Shown: one piece after another, positions 1-11,056 of the stretch
Layout: each line of letters begins with the position of its first letter
How positions within the stretch are numbered: the first letter of the stretch is position 1
DNA from: Thermoanaerobaculia bacterium
GTDB lineage: Bacteria > Acidobacteriota > Thermoanaerobaculia > Multivoradales > JAGPDF01
Direction of reading: 5' to 3'
DNA length: 64,000 nt
Assembly: GCA_048500095.1 (NCBI GenBank)
Contig: JASNYQ010000003.1
Coordinates: forward strand, 77,510-141,509
The notes under the pieces: generated by a model
The model's database searches: none
Seen by the model: the letters and a program-made list of their open reading frames with translations, nothing else
What the model was told of the DNA's origin: nothing
Made by a program: the position numbers and the translations under genes

Positions 1-672
1 GACGCCGTCGGCCTGGCCGTTGAAGGCGCCGAGCGCCAGGACCAGGCGCCCCTGCCAGGGCTCGGCGCTCGCCTGGACGCCGACGTCGCGCACCGGCGCC
101 AGGGCGGAGGGGAGGCCGCGCTCGGCGAACGGCAGGTGGGCGTCGGAGAGCAGCGCCTCGAGGCCCACCGGCACCTTGAACTTGCCGGCCCGGAGGCGCA
201 GCGCCGGGGTGACCTTCCAGTCGAGGTGGGCGTCGAGCAGCTCGCTCTTGCCGTTGCCGAAGTCGGGCATCAGGCGCAGCTCGAAGTCTCCGGCGAACAC
301 CGCCTCGACGATCGGCCGGGCGCGGCGGACGAGCAGGGTGTCGGTTCCCGGCCGCCGGTCGTCGGAGAGGAAGAAGCGGCCGTCGGTCTGGAGCAGGCCC
401 CGGAGCCTGAGCTGGAAGGCGCCGTCGGCCGACCGCCAGCCGAAGCCGTCCGCGCCGGCGAGGACGGTGGGTGCGGCCTCTTCCGTCGCCTCGCCCGGGG
501 TTGCGCCGGCGCGCGAGAGCGCGCGCTCGAGCGTCTCGAGCCGCAGCGCGAGCTCCTCGGGCGCCGGCGGGTCCCCGCTCGCCGGAGCGGTTCCCGTCTG
601 CTGGCCGGCGGCGGCGCTGCCGAGCAGGAGCGCTGCGATCGAGAGGACGAGGCGGAGCGGACGGCCGTTCAT
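1..672 (-). CDS. OprO/OprP-family phosphate-selective porin, N-terminal part (3' end runs off the window)
   Basis: Own reverse-strand translation from ATG 672-670. It gives MNGRPLRLVLSIAALLLGSAAAGQQ (signal peptide), then GFGWRSADGAFQLRLRGLLQTDGRFF and LLVRRARPIVEAVF, a porin O/P-like pattern. It is absent from the ORF track because the ORF is open at position 1. ATGA overlap (669-672) with the stop of the upstream ABC gene. Confidence 0.7.
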   Translation of the reverse strand, partial: MNGRPLRLVLSIAALLLGSAAAGQQTGTAPASGDPPAPEELALRLETLERALSRAGATPGEATEEAAPTVLAGADGFGWRSADGAFQLRLRGLLQTDGRFFLSDDRRPGTDTLLVRRARPIVEAVFAGDFELRLMPDFGNGKSELLDAHLDWKVTPALRLRAGKFKVPVGLEALLSDAHLPFAERGLPSALAPVRDVGVQASAEPWQGRLVLALGAFNGQADGV

Positions 673-2516
673 GGGGACTCCTCGAAGCTGCGCACGACGA
701 GCAGCGGCGCGTCGCCGGTGCGCGAGACCAGGCGGCCGGCGATGCCGTCGAGCGCGACCTCGCCGGCCCCCTTCGGGAGCGGCACGCCGAGCACCAGCAG
801 ATCGTGGCCGCCGGCCAGGGCGGCGAGAATCTCCTCCTCGGTGGCGCCGAGCCCGAGGCGCGTCTCGGTCGCCACCCCGAGCGGCTCGAGGGTGCGCGCG
901 CTCGCCTGCAGGAAGCGCTCGGCCTGGGCGCGGGCGACGGCGGGGCTCGACTCGGGGAGCACCGTGAGCACCGTGACGCCGGCCCCGAGATGGCGCACGA
1001 GGCGGCCGGTGAACGCCACGTCCTCCTTGCCCGGCTCGCCGACCGCGGCGCAGACCAGCACGCGAGCGGGGAGCGGACGCGGGCCGCGCACCAACAGCAG
1101 GTGGTGGTCGCCCGAGGCGAGCAGGCTCTCGGCGAGCGGGGTGCCCCGCCCCGCGGGGGCGCCCGCGATCACGAGGTCGGGCCCGGTGAGCCGGGCGGCC
1201 TCCGGCACCGCCGCCACCGCGCCACCGCGCGCCGGGCGGAAGGTGAGCTCGCCGAGGCCGCGCCCGAGCCGCTCGCGGGCGGTCGCCTCGTCGAGTCCGG
1301 CCAGGATCACTGCCAGCCGGGCGTGCGTGCGCCGGGCGAGCTCGCCGGCGAAGGCGACCGCCTCGAGCCCTTCCGCCGAGGGCTCGGCGAGGAGCAGGAA
1401 CTGGAGACCCGGGTGGGCGAGGGCGTGGAGGCGGCGCACCGCGACGCGGACCGGATCGCCGGGGGCGAGGGGCAGCTTCCGGGCCTCGTGCGGCGGCCGG
1501 CTGGCGACCACCGCGAAGGCGCCCGCCCCGAACGGCACCGGCGGGGCGATCGCGCGCACCCCCACGAACGGCGGCAGCCGCAGCCGCAGATGCTCGAAGG
1601 CGCCCGCGAAGGAGCAGCTCTCGACCGTGCCCGTGCCCAGGACCGGGAGCGCCCCTGCCTCCTGCTCGCCGAGCAGGGCGACGTCCTCGGGGCGGAACAG
1701 GACCTGCACCCGCCGGCGCGCCGGCTCGGACTCCCCGCGGTGCTCGAGCGGGAAGTCGACGGGGCCGATGCGGACCCCCTGCTCGGTCGCCTCGCCCACC
1801 AGGAGGTTGGCGGCGCCGAGGAAGGTGGCCACGAACTCCGTCTGCGGGCGCAGGTAGAGCTCGCGCGGCGGCCCCACCTCGACCAGCCGGCCGAGCGCCA
1901 TCACCGCGATCCGGTCGCCGAGCGCGAACGCCTCCTCCTGGTCGTGGGTCACGAACAGGGTGGCGATGCCGAGCTCGCGCTGGATCTCGCGCAGGCTGCG
2001 GCGTAGCTCGGTGCGGATGCGGGCGTCGAGGGCGCCGAACGGCTCGTCGAGGAGCAGCACCTCGGGCCGGTGGGCCAGCGCGCGGGCGAGCGCCACCCGC
2101 TGCTGCTGGCCGCCGGAGAGCTGCCGCGGCAACCGCTTGCCGAGGCCCGCGAGGCCGACCAGCTCGAGCAGCTCCTCGACCCGGTGGCGGCGCTCGGCGC
2201 GCGCCACGCCGCGCACCGCGAGCGCGAAGCCGACGTTCTCGGCCACCGTCATGCCGCGGAAGAGGGCGTAGCTCTGGAAGACGAAGCCGGCGCCGCGCGC
2301 CTGGGGGGGGAGCTCCGAGACGTCGCGGCCGTGCAGGAAGACGCGTCCCCGGTCGGCCGCGAGCAGGCCGGCGATGATCCGCAGCACCGTGCTCTTGCCG
2401 CTGCCGGAGGGTCCGAGCAGCACGCAGAGCTCGCCCGCCGGCAGCTCGAGCGAGAAGTCGGAGACGACGGGATGCCCGTCGTAGAGCTTCGCGAGGCCTT
2501 CGAGGCGGATCGACAC
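669..2516 (-). CDS. ABC transporter ATP-binding protein (CysA/PotA-like, TOBE-type domain) fused to two C-terminal universal-stress-protein-like domains
   Basis: 615-aa ORF. It has Walker A GPSGSGKST, signature LSGGQQQRVALARAL and Walker B LLLDEPFGALD. A TOBE-like beta segment follows (VQVLFRPEDVALL...). The C-terminus carries two USP-like repeats ending DLVIAGAP...HHLLLVR and DLLVLGVP...APLLVVR. Confidence 0.85.
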   Translation of the reverse strand: MSIRLEGLAKLYDGHPVVSDFSLELPAGELCVLLGPSGSGKSTVLRIIAGLLAADRGRVFLHGRDVSELPPQARGAGFVFQSYALFRGMTVAENVGFALAVRGVARAERRHRVEELLELVGLAGLGKRLPRQLSGGQQQRVALARALAHRPEVLLLDEPFGALDARIRTELRRSLREIQRELGIATLFVTHDQEEAFALGDRIAVMALGRLVEVGPPRELYLRPQTEFVATFLGAANLLVGEATEQGVRIGPVDFPLEHRGESEPARRRVQVLFRPEDVALLGEQEAGALPVLGTGTVESCSFAGAFEHLRLRLPPFVGVRAIAPPVPFGAGAFAVVASRPPHEARKLPLAPGDPVRVAVRRLHALAHPGLQFLLLAEPSAEGLEAVAFAGELARRTHARLAVILAGLDEATARERLGRGLGELTFRPARGGAVAAVPEAARLTGPDLVIAGAPAGRGTPLAESLLASGDHHLLLVRGPRPLPARVLVCAAVGEPGKEDVAFTGRLVRHLGAGVTVLTVLPESSPAVARAQAERFLQASARTLEPLGVATETRLGLGATEEEILAALAGGHDLLVLGVPLPKGAGEVALDGIAGRLVSRTGDAPLLVVRSFEESP

Positions 2517-2586
2517 CGGGCGCTCCCGTCCCGGAGCCTATCCGGCGGGAGGACCTCCTGTCAGGCGAGCGGAAGAGCGGAGACGG

Positions 2587-2612
2587 CGAGGGCCCCGTCG
2601 CCGGGGCCCTCG
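2587..2612 (-). terminator. GC-rich hairpin downstream of the metallopeptidase gene (possible terminator, no U-tract)
   Basis: Perfect 11-bp stem cgagggccccg / cggggccctcg (2587-2597 / 2602-2612) with a 4-nt loop, 26 nt after the stop at 2638. Confidence 0.3.
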
Positions 2613-2637
2613 GGGTGCGGGCGGGAGGAGCCGGATC

Positions 2638-3330
2638 TCAGTCGCGGCGGCCGCCGAGCAGGCCGGCGCGGAAGAGGAAGTAGAGCAGCGTGAGCAGGGT
2701 CGAGATCGCGGCCGCGACGTAGGTGAGGGCGGCGGCGTTGAGCACCCGGTCCATCCCCTCCCGCTCCTGCGGCATCACGATCCCCTGGGCGACCGCCAGC
2801 TGCTTGGCGCGGGCCGAGGCGTCGAACTCCACCGGCAGGGTGACGATCTGGAAGAGGAGCACGGCCGAGAAGAGCACGGCGCCGAAGAGGACCATGTTCA
2901 CCGAGGAGAGGAAGATCCCGAAGACCATCACCAGGTAGCCGAGCGTCGAGCCGATGTTGGCGGTCGGCACCAGCAGCGAGCGCAGCGCCAGCGGCCCGTA
3001 CTTCGTGGCGTGCTGGATGGCGTGGCCGGCCTCGTGGCAGGCGACGCCGACGGCGGCGATCGAGGGCACGCCGTAGACCTGCTCGGAGAGCGCCAGCGTC
3101 TTGGTCATCGGGTTGTAGTGGTCGGTCAGCATCCCCCGGTGGGCGACCACCTTCACGTCCCGGATGCCGGCGCTCGCCAGCAGGCGCTCGGCCGCCTCGG
3201 CGCCGGTCAGGCCGGTGGCCACGCGCACCTTGGAGTACTTGTTGAAGGCGCTCTTGGTGCGGAAGCTCGCCCAGAGCGAGAGCAGCAGGGCCGGGGCGAG
3301 GAAGACGAAGTAGATCGGGTCGAACATCAT
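2638..3330 (-). CDS. YugP-type neutral zinc metallopeptidase (Zn_peptidase_2 family membrane protein)
   Basis: Real start taken at MMFDPIYF (ATGATG at 3330-3325). HEAGHAIQH zinc motif and hydrophobic N- and C-terminal helices. The 285-aa upstream extension of track ORF 2638..4188 is R/P/A-rich and was rejected. Confidence 0.85.
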   Translation of the reverse strand: MMFDPIYFVFLAPALLLSLWASFRTKSAFNKYSKVRVATGLTGAEAAERLLASAGIRDVKVVAHRGMLTDHYNPMTKTLALSEQVYGVPSIAAVGVACHEAGHAIQHATKYGPLALRSLLVPTANIGSTLGYLVMVFGIFLSSVNMVLFGAVLFSAVLLFQIVTLPVEFDASARAKQLAVAQGIVMPQEREGMDRVLNAAALTYVAAAISTLLTLLYFLFRAGLLGGRRD

Positions 3331-3494
3331 GGCGTCGGGTACCTCCGAGTCACCCTGGGGAACGGGGCCGGGGGAGCGGATATTCCGCGCCGCCGGCCGG
3401 CGCCGGGCGGGTCCTTCCGGGACCCCTCCCTCGCCGCATTCTACGTGGCCCGCCGCGGGGCGGATCGCGGGGGCGCGCGGCGCCTGCCGCCCCC

Positions 3495-4661
3495 TCAGGC
3501 GAGGGCGAAGCGCGCGGCGAGGCCGTCGGCCACCGCCAGGCCCCGCGGCGTCGGCCGCAGCCGGCCGCCGGCGAGCTCCGCCAGGCCGTCGGCCGCCAGC
3601 TGGGCGAGGAGCGCCCGGTTGGCGGCGGCGAGATCGAGGCCGTAGCGCTCCCGGAACCGCGCGAGGTCGATCCCCTCGGCGGTGCGCAGGCCGAGGAGCA
3701 CCGTCTCCAGCCGCAGCGCGGCGAGGTCGAGCGTCTCCTCCCCGGCCAGCGGGCGCTCCCCGGCCGCCACCTGGGCCGTCCAGGGGCGGATCTTCCGCTC
3801 GTTCCACCAGCGCCGCGCCCCGCGCTCGTCCCAGGCGAACGAGTGCGCCCCCAGGCCGATCCCGAGGTACGGCGTGTGGTTCCAGTACTTGCGGTTGTGC
3901 CGGGAGCGGTGCTCGGGTCGGCGGGCGAAGTTGGAGACCTCGTAGGCGGGAAAGCCAAGCAAAGACAAGACTTTCTGGGTAAGGGAGAAGAGGCGGGCCT
4001 GGGCCGGTTCGGGGGCCTCGGCGAGCTCGCCGCGCGCTGCCCGGTATCCGAAGGGGGTGCGCTCGTGGATCGTGAGCTGGTAGCAGGAGAGGTGGTGGGG
4101 GGCGAGCGCGACGGCGGTCTCCAGGTTCCGCCGCCACGCTTCCTCGCTCTGGCCGGGCAGGCCGTAGATCAGGTCGAGCGAGACCCAAGGGAACCCGGCG
4201 GCCAGGGCGGTGCGCACGGAGGAGGCTCCCTGGTCCGGGTCATGTCCCCTACCCAGAAAAGCGAGGTCGGCCGCGTCGAAGGACTGGACCCCGAGCGAGA
4301 GGGCCGCGATGCCGAGATCCCGCCACTCGATGCAGGCCTCCGGTGTGACGTGCTCGGGGTTCGCCTCCAGGGTGATCCAGGCGTCGGGGCGGGCGCCGAG
4401 CAGGTCGCGCGCGCCTTCCAGCAGCCGTCCGATCTCCTGCGGCGGGGCGAGGGAGGGGGTGCCGCCGCCGAGGTAGACGGTGTCGAAGGCGGCGCCGGCG
4501 AAACTCCCCTCGGCGCGCGCCAGGCGCATCTCGGCGAGCAGCAGGTCGACGTGGGCGGCGAGCTGCGCCGGGCGGCCGGGCAGGACCGCGAAGTCGCAGT
4601 AGGGGCAGATCCGGGCGCAGTAGGGGAGGTGGAGGTAGAGCCCGGGGGCGGCGATCGCTAC
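3495..4661 (-). CDS. hemW: Radical SAM heme chaperone HemW (HemN-like oxygen-independent coproporphyrinogen oxidase family)
   Basis: LYLHLPYCARICPYCDF radical-SAM CxxxCxxC motif, YLGGGTPS, and a HemN_C-like tail. Classic position directly after lepA. The start is uncertain: there is no ATG/GTG/TTG between 4661 and 4799, and the nearest in-frame GTG is at 4802-4800, inside lepA. Confidence 0.85.
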   Translation of the reverse strand, partial: VAIAAPGLYLHLPYCARICPYCDFAVLPGRPAQLAAHVDLLLAEMRLARAEGSFAGAAFDTVYLGGGTPSLAPPQEIGRLLEGARDLLGARPDAWITLEANPEHVTPEACIEWRDLGIAALSLGVQSFDAADLAFLGRGHDPDQGASSVRTALAAGFPWVSLDLIYGLPGQSEEAWRRNLETAVALAPHHLSCYQLTIHERTPFGYRAARGELAEAPEPAQARLFSLTQKVLSLLGFPAYEVSNFARRPEHRSRHNRKYWNHTPYLGIGLGAHSFAWDERGARRWWNERKIRPWTAQVAAGERPLAGEETLDLAALRLETVLLGLRTAEGIDLARFRERYGLDLAAANRALLAQLAADGLAELAGGRLRPTPRGLAVADGLAARFALA

Positions 4662-6496
4662 GCCTCCTCCTCGTCGGAGCGCAGCACGGCGACGAACGCC
4701 TCCTGCGGGATCTCGACCGCGCCGACGATCTTCATCCGCTTCTTGCCCTCCTTCTGCTTCTCGAGCAGCTTGCGCTTGCGGCTGATGTCGCCGCCGTAGC
4801 ACTTGGCGGTGACGTCCTTGCGGTAGGCGTTGATCGTGGTGCGGGCGATGATCTGGCCGCCGATCGCCCCCTGCACCGCGATCTTGAACTGCTGGCGCGG
4901 GATCGTCTTGGCCAGCCGCTCGCAGTAGCGCAGCGCCCGCGGCCGCGCGAACTCCCGGTGCACGAGCTGGGAGAGCGCGTCCACCTTCTCGCCGTTGACC
5001 AGGATGTCGACTTTCACCAGGTCCCCCGGCCGGTAGTCGACGAGCTCGTAGTCGAACGAGCCGTACCCCTGGGTGATCGACTTCAGGCGGTCGTAGAAGT
5101 CGAAGAGCACCTCGGCCAGCGGCAGCTCGCTCGTCATCTCGATCCGCCCGGCGGCGACGTAGTTGAACGTCGGCTGGCTGCCGCGCCGCTCGCGGCAGAG
5201 CTCCATCACCGTGCCGAGGTAGCGCTCGGGCATCCAGAGGGAGGCCCGGATGTACGGCTCGTGGACCTGCTTGATCGCCGACGGGTCGGGGTAGTAGCTG
5301 GGGTTGTCGACCTCGATCTCGCGGCCCTCCTCGAGCTCGACCCGGTAGCGGACCGAGGGGGCGGTGAGGATGAGCGAGAGGCCGTACTCGCGCTCGAGCC
5401 GCTCCTGCACCACGTCGAGGTGGAGGAGGCCGAGGAAGCCGCAGCGGAAGCCGAAGCCGAGCGCGGCCGAGGAGTCCTTCTCGTAGATCAGCGCCGCGTC
5501 GTTGAGCTTCAGCTTCTCGAGCGCCTTGGTCAGCTCCTCGTAGTCGTCGGTGGCCATCGGGTAGATCGAGGAGAAGACCACCGGCTTGGCCTCCCGGTAG
5601 CCGGGGACCGGCCCGGCGGCGGGGCGCGCCGACTCGGTCAGGGTGTCGCCGATGGCCAGACCGGCGAGGCTCTTGATGCCGGCGATGACGTAGCCGACCT
5701 CGCCCGCCACGAGCTCGTCGGAGGGCACCCGCTTCAGGCGCAGCCGGCCCACCTCCTCGACCCGGTGCTCGGCGTCCGAGTGCATCAGGCGCACCGTCAG
5801 CCCCGGGCGCAGCCGCCCGGCCATCACCCGCACGAGCAGGACCGCGCCGCGGTACGGGTCGTACTGGGCGTCGAAGAGGAGCGCCTGGAGGGGCGCCTCC
5901 GGGTCGCCCTGCGGGGCGGGCAGGTGGGCGACGATCGCCTCGAGCAGCTCGTCGACCCCGGTGCCGAGCTTGGCCGAGACCTGCACCGAGGCGAACGGGT
6001 CGAGGCCGAGGTCGCGGTCGATCTCCTCCATGGCGCGCTCGACGTCGGCCGACGGGAGGTCGATCTTGTTGATCACCGGCAGCACCTCGAGGCCGTACTC
6101 GACCGCGAGGAAGAGGTTGGCGACGGTCTGCGCCTCCACCCCCTGCGAGGCGTCGACCACCAGGAGCGCCCCCTCGGCGGCCATCAGCGAGCGGCGCACC
6201 TCGTGGGAGAAGTCGACGTGCCCCGGGGTGTCGATGAGGTTGAGCTCGAAGCTGCGCCCGTCGCGCGCCGTGTAGGGGAGGCTGATGGTGTTCGACTTGA
6301 TGGTGATGCCGCGCTCGCGCTCCAGCTCCATGGTGTCGAGCAGCTGGTCGCGGAACTCCCGCGCCTCGACCCCGCCGCAGCGCTGGATCAGGCGGTCGGC
6401 GAGCGTCGACTTGCCGTGGTCGATGTGGGCGATGATGCAGAAGTTGCGGATCTGTTCCACGGTCGTAGGCGCCCCGCCCGGCGGGGCCGGGCGCAT
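4658..6496 (-). CDS. lepA: Translation elongation factor 4 (LepA)
   Basis: 612 aa. [22 protein letters not shown]1 motif, [13 protein letters not shown], and a conserved LepA C-terminal domain ([48 protein letters not shown]). Confidence 0.97.
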   Translation of the reverse strand: MRPAPPGGAPTTVEQIRNFCIIAHIDHGKSTLADRLIQRCGGVEAREFRDQLLDTMELERERGITIKSNTISLPYTARDGRSFELNLIDTPGHVDFSHEVRRSLMAAEGALLVVDASQGVEAQTVANLFLAVEYGLEVLPVINKIDLPSADVERAMEEIDRDLGLDPFASVQVSAKLGTGVDELLEAIVAHLPAPQGDPEAPLQALLFDAQYDPYRGAVLLVRVMAGRLRPGLTVRLMHSDAEHRVEEVGRLRLKRVPSDELVAGEVGYVIAGIKSLAGLAIGDTLTESARPAAGPVPGYREAKPVVFSSIYPMATDDYEELTKALEKLKLNDAALIYEKDSSAALGFGFRCGFLGLLHLDVVQERLEREYGLSLILTAPSVRYRVELEEGREIEVDNPSYYPDPSAIKQVHEPYIRASLWMPERYLGTVMELCRERRGSQPTFNYVAAGRIEMTSELPLAEVLFDFYDRLKSITQGYGSFDYELVDYRPGDLVKVDILVNGEKVDALSQLVHREFARPRALRYCERLAKTIPRQQFKIAVQGAIGGQIIARTTINAYRKDVTAKCYGGDISRKRKLLEKQKEGKKRMKIVGAVEIPQEAFVAVLRSDEEEA

Positions 6497-6532
6497 GATA
6501 CCCCGCCTCGGGAGGCCAGGGAGGAGCCTCGG

Positions 6533-7675
6533 TCAACCGGCACGGCGGGGGCGGCCGCCCTGGGCGGCGCCCGCGGGGCCCGGGGCGGCGAGCTCGGTGT
6601 TCGGCTGCTTGATCCGCGCCGACTCGTCGAGGCCGGAGACGATCTCGATCCGGATCCCGTCCGAGAGGCCGACCTCCACCGGCCGCTTCTCGAAGAGCTG
6701 CTCGCCGACCTCGACCTCGACGAAGGGCTTGCCGTCCTCGAACTGGAGCAGGCTCTCGTCGATCGCCAGCACGTCGTCGCGGCGGTCGAGGACGATGTCG
6801 GCGTTGGCGCTGTAGTTGGCGCGCAGGAAGAGGCCGGACTGCGGCGCGACGGCGGCCCGGATCTCGAACTGGATGGCGCCGCTGTCCTCGACCCCCTTGG
6901 GCGCGATGTGCTCGAGCGTGGCCTCGAAGGTGGCCCGCTCGATGGCGCCGATGGTCAGCAGCAGCTGCATGCCGGTGCGGATCTTGCCGACCTCCGACTC
7001 GTCGACCTTCCCCTTGAAGATCATGTCGTCCATGTCGGCGACGGTGGCGATGGTGGTGCCCTCGTTGAAGGTGTTCGCCTCGATCACCGAGCGGCCGAGC
7101 TCGACCGGCACTTCGAGCACCATGCCGGAGACGGTGGCGCGCACCAGGGTGTTGGTGGAGGTGGCGAGCTTGCCGGTCGTCCCCTTCTCGATGATGTCGA
7201 GGTTGTCGCGGGCGGCGGCGAGCTCCTCGCGCGCGGTGCGCAGCGCGATCTCGTACTGGTCGAGCTGGGCGCGGGAGACCGTCCCGTCGGCGAAGAGCGC
7301 GCGGTAGCGCCCGTGGTCGGCCTCCGCCTGCTCGAGCGCGATCTTGGCGCGCTCCACGCGGCTCTGGGCGGAGTTGAGGTTGACCATGTTCGGCACCACC
7401 CGCACCCGCGCCACGAGGTCGCCGGCCTTCACCAGCTGCCCCGCCTCGACGTGCAGCTGGTCGAGGATCCCGGAGACCTGCGGCTTGATCGCGACCTCCT
7501 GCCGGGGGACGACGGCGCCGGTGGCGACCGCCTTCTTGAGGATCGTCGAGCGCACCGGCGCCTCGGTGCGGAAGACCACCGGCGGCTTCTGCGAGCGCTT
7601 GTAGAGCAGGTAGCCGGAGCCGCCGACGGCGCCGAGGAAGAGGAGGGCGAGCAGGATACCGAAGAGCTTCTTCAT
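6533..7675 (-). CDS. Efflux periplasmic adaptor subunit (HlyD/MacA family)
   Basis: Start at [13 protein letters not shown] (ATG 7675-7673), which is a signal anchor. Biotinyl-lipoyl-like hairpin ([23 protein letters not shown]), a coiled-coil segment and beta-barrel domains. Last gene of the ABC efflux operon. Confidence 0.9.
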   Translation of the reverse strand: MKKLFGILLALLFLGAVGGSGYLLYKRSQKPPVVFRTEAPVRSTILKKAVATGAVVPRQEVAIKPQVSGILDQLHVEAGQLVKAGDLVARVRVVPNMVNLNSAQSRVERAKIALEQAEADHGRYRALFADGTVSRAQLDQYEIALRTAREELAAARDNLDIIEKGTTGKLATSTNTLVRATVSGMVLEVPVELGRSVIEANTFNEGTTIATVADMDDMIFKGKVDESEVGKIRTGMQLLLTIGAIERATFEATLEHIAPKGVEDSGAIQFEIRAAVAPQSGLFLRANYSANADIVLDRRDDVLAIDESLLQFEDGKPFVEVEVGEQLFEKRPVEVGLSDGIRIEIVSGLDESARIKQPNTELAAPGPAGAAQGGRPRRAG

Positions 7676-7677
7676 GG

Positions 7678-8952
<1,275 letters not shown>

Positions 8953-8959
8953 CGCGGGC

Positions 8960-10192
8960 TCATTCGTCGCGCAGCGCCTCGATCGGGCGGATGGCGGCGG
9001 CGCGGCGGGCGGGGAAGAAGCCGGCGAGCGCGCCGGCCACGACCAGCAGCAGGGTGGCCGAGAGGGCGACGCCGAGGTCGACCTGCGGGCTGCGGAAGAA
9101 GTCGGCCTCGGGCAGCGCGCGAGCGAGCCCCTCGAGGGTGAAGACGCCGAGCACGAGCCCGGCGTAGCCGGCGATGGCGGTGATCAGCACCGTCTCCTCG
9201 AGCACCAAACGGACCACCGAGAAGGGGGTGGCGCCGACCGCCTTGCGGATCCCGATCTCGCGCGTCCGCTCCTTGACCGCGATCATCATGATGTTCGAGA
9301 CCCCGACCACGCCGGCGACCAGGGTGCCGATGCCGACCACCCAGATGAACGCCCGGATCCCGGCCATGAGCGAGGCGAAGCGCTGGAAGTTCTCGACGTT
9401 GTTGGTGACGAACAGGGCGCGCGGGTCGGCGGGGTCGAAGAGGTGGCGGTTGGCGAGCAGCTCCTTGACCGAGAGCTCCATCTCCTGGCTCTCCTCGAGC
9501 GTCGCGTCGCCGGTGGTGAAGAGGATCTGGGCCAGCCGGTCGCGGCCGCCGAAGGCGCGCTGGGCGGTGGAGACCGGCACGTAGACGAGCTCGCGCTCCT
9601 GCTCGGAGCCGTCGTCGTCGAACACGCCGACGACCTGGAAGACGACGCCGTTGATCTCGATCTCGCGGCCGATCGCCGGGCTCTTGCCGAAGAGCGCCTC
9701 CGCGACGAGGGTGCCGATCACCGCGCTCTTGCGGAACTCGCGCTGGTCGAGCTCGTTGAGGAAGCGGCCCTGGCGGACCAGCGTCTTCTCGATGAACTGG
9801 TGGCCCGGGTGGACCGCCCGCACGCTGAAGTTCCCGCTCTCGTCGCGGTAGCGCACGATGGTCGAGCCGCGGATGAAGGCCCGGCCGCTCGAGTGCTCGA
9901 CGCCGGGGACGCGGTCGCGCACCGTGTCGTAGTCGCGGGTGTCGAACTGCACGTCGCGCCCCGGGCGCATCCCCTGGTGCGGCAGGCTGGTGCGGCCGGC
10001 GCGCACGAAGATCGAGTTCGTGGCGTCGTCCCGGAACTGGTACTCGACCCCCTGCTGAAGGCCCGTCCCCGAGCCCAGCAGGACGACCAGCATGAAGATC
10101 CCCCACGCCACCGAGAAGCCGGTGAGCGCGGTCCGCAGCTTGTTGCGGCGGACGGTGTCGAGGATCTCCTGCCAGAGGTCGAAGTCGATCAT
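8960..10192 (-). CDS. ABC transporter permease, MacB/FtsX family (paralog of 7678..8952)
   Basis: 410 aa with the same architecture. KERTREIGIRKAVGA motif. 4-nt overlap with the upstream ATPase gene. Confidence 0.9.
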   Translation of the reverse strand: MIDFDLWQEILDTVRRNKLRTALTGFSVAWGIFMLVVLLGSGTGLQQGVEYQFRDDATNSIFVRAGRTSLPHQGMRPGRDVQFDTRDYDTVRDRVPGVEHSSGRAFIRGSTIVRYRDESGNFSVRAVHPGHQFIEKTLVRQGRFLNELDQREFRKSAVIGTLVAEALFGKSPAIGREIEINGVVFQVVGVFDDDGSEQERELVYVPVSTAQRAFGGRDRLAQILFTTGDATLEESQEMELSVKELLANRHLFDPADPRALFVTNNVENFQRFASLMAGIRAFIWVVGIGTLVAGVVGVSNIMMIAVKERTREIGIRKAVGATPFSVVRLVLEETVLITAIAGYAGLVLGVFTLEGLARALPEADFFRSPQVDLGVALSATLLLVVAGALAGFFPARRAAAIRPIEALRDE

Positions 10193-10938
10193 GGCAGGGC
10201 GGTGGCCTCGCGCGGCGGCGGGAGCTGGGTGCCGGGCACCGGCACGTCGAAGGCGGCCCGCCGCTCCTGCCGGCGGTCGCTCTCGATCTCGCCGTCCACG
10301 AGGTGGACGACGCGGTCGGTCATCTCGGCGATGTCGTGCTCGTGGGTGACGATGACCACCGCCACCCCCTCGTCCTGGACGCCCTGGAGCACCGCCATCA
10401 CCTCGCGCGAGGTCTGGGAATCCAACGCCCCGGTGGGCTCGTCGGCGAGCAGGATGCGGGGCTGGGAGATGAGCGCCCGGGCGATCGCCACCCGCTGCTG
10501 CTGGCCGCCGGAGAGCTCGCGCGGCAGGTGGGTGGCGCGGTCGGAGAGGCCGACCTTGTCGAGGTACTCGGCGGCGAGGCGGAGGCGCTGCCGGCGCGGC
10601 ACTTTCCGGTAGTAGAGCGGCAGCGCCACGTTCTCGAGCGCGGTCTTGAACGGGATCAGGTGGAACGACTGGAAGACGAAGCCGATCCGCTCGCCCCGCA
10701 CCCGCGCGGCGCGGGTCTCGGAGAGGTCCTTGAGCAGCTCGCCGTCGAAGCGGTACTCCCCCTCGTCGTAGTTGTCGAGCAGGCCGAGGACGTTCATCAG
10801 GGTCGACTTCCCCGACCCCGACGCTCCCATGATCGAGATGAACTCGCCCGGCGCGATCGCGAGGTCGATCCCCCGCAGCACGTGCAGGCGGTTCGCCCCC
10901 ATCCAGTAGCTCTTGTGGATGCCGCGCAGTCGGATCAT
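10189..10938 (-). CDS. ABC transporter ATP-binding protein (MacB/LolD-type)
   Basis: 249 aa. Walker A GASGSGKSTLMN, LSGGQQQRVAIARAL and ILLADEPTGALD. Confidence 0.93.
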   Translation of the reverse strand: MIRLRGIHKSYWMGANRLHVLRGIDLAIAPGEFISIMGASGSGKSTLMNVLGLLDNYDEGEYRFDGELLKDLSETRAARVRGERIGFVFQSFHLIPFKTALENVALPLYYRKVPRRQRLRLAAEYLDKVGLSDRATHLPRELSGGQQQRVAIARALISQPRILLADEPTGALDSQTSREVMAVLQGVQDEGVAVVIVTHEHDIAEMTDRVVHLVDGEIESDRRQERRAAFDVPVPGTQLPPPREATALP

Positions 10939-11056
10939 GGTCGCTCTTCGGGCCGCCCCGGGGCGGTCCTCTCCCCAGGGGCGGGTGGCCCGTCTCCCGG
11001 TTCTACGGCCGGAGGCGGGAAATGGTTGCCCCCGGGGCCCCCTGGGGTGGGAGTGG

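Noticed and set aside
3331-4188. N-terminal 285-aa extension of track ORF 2638..4188
   Set aside because: The extension is Pro/Arg/Ala-rich and overlaps hemW. YugP-family proteins are about 230 aa, and a clean MMFDPIYF start exists at 3330.
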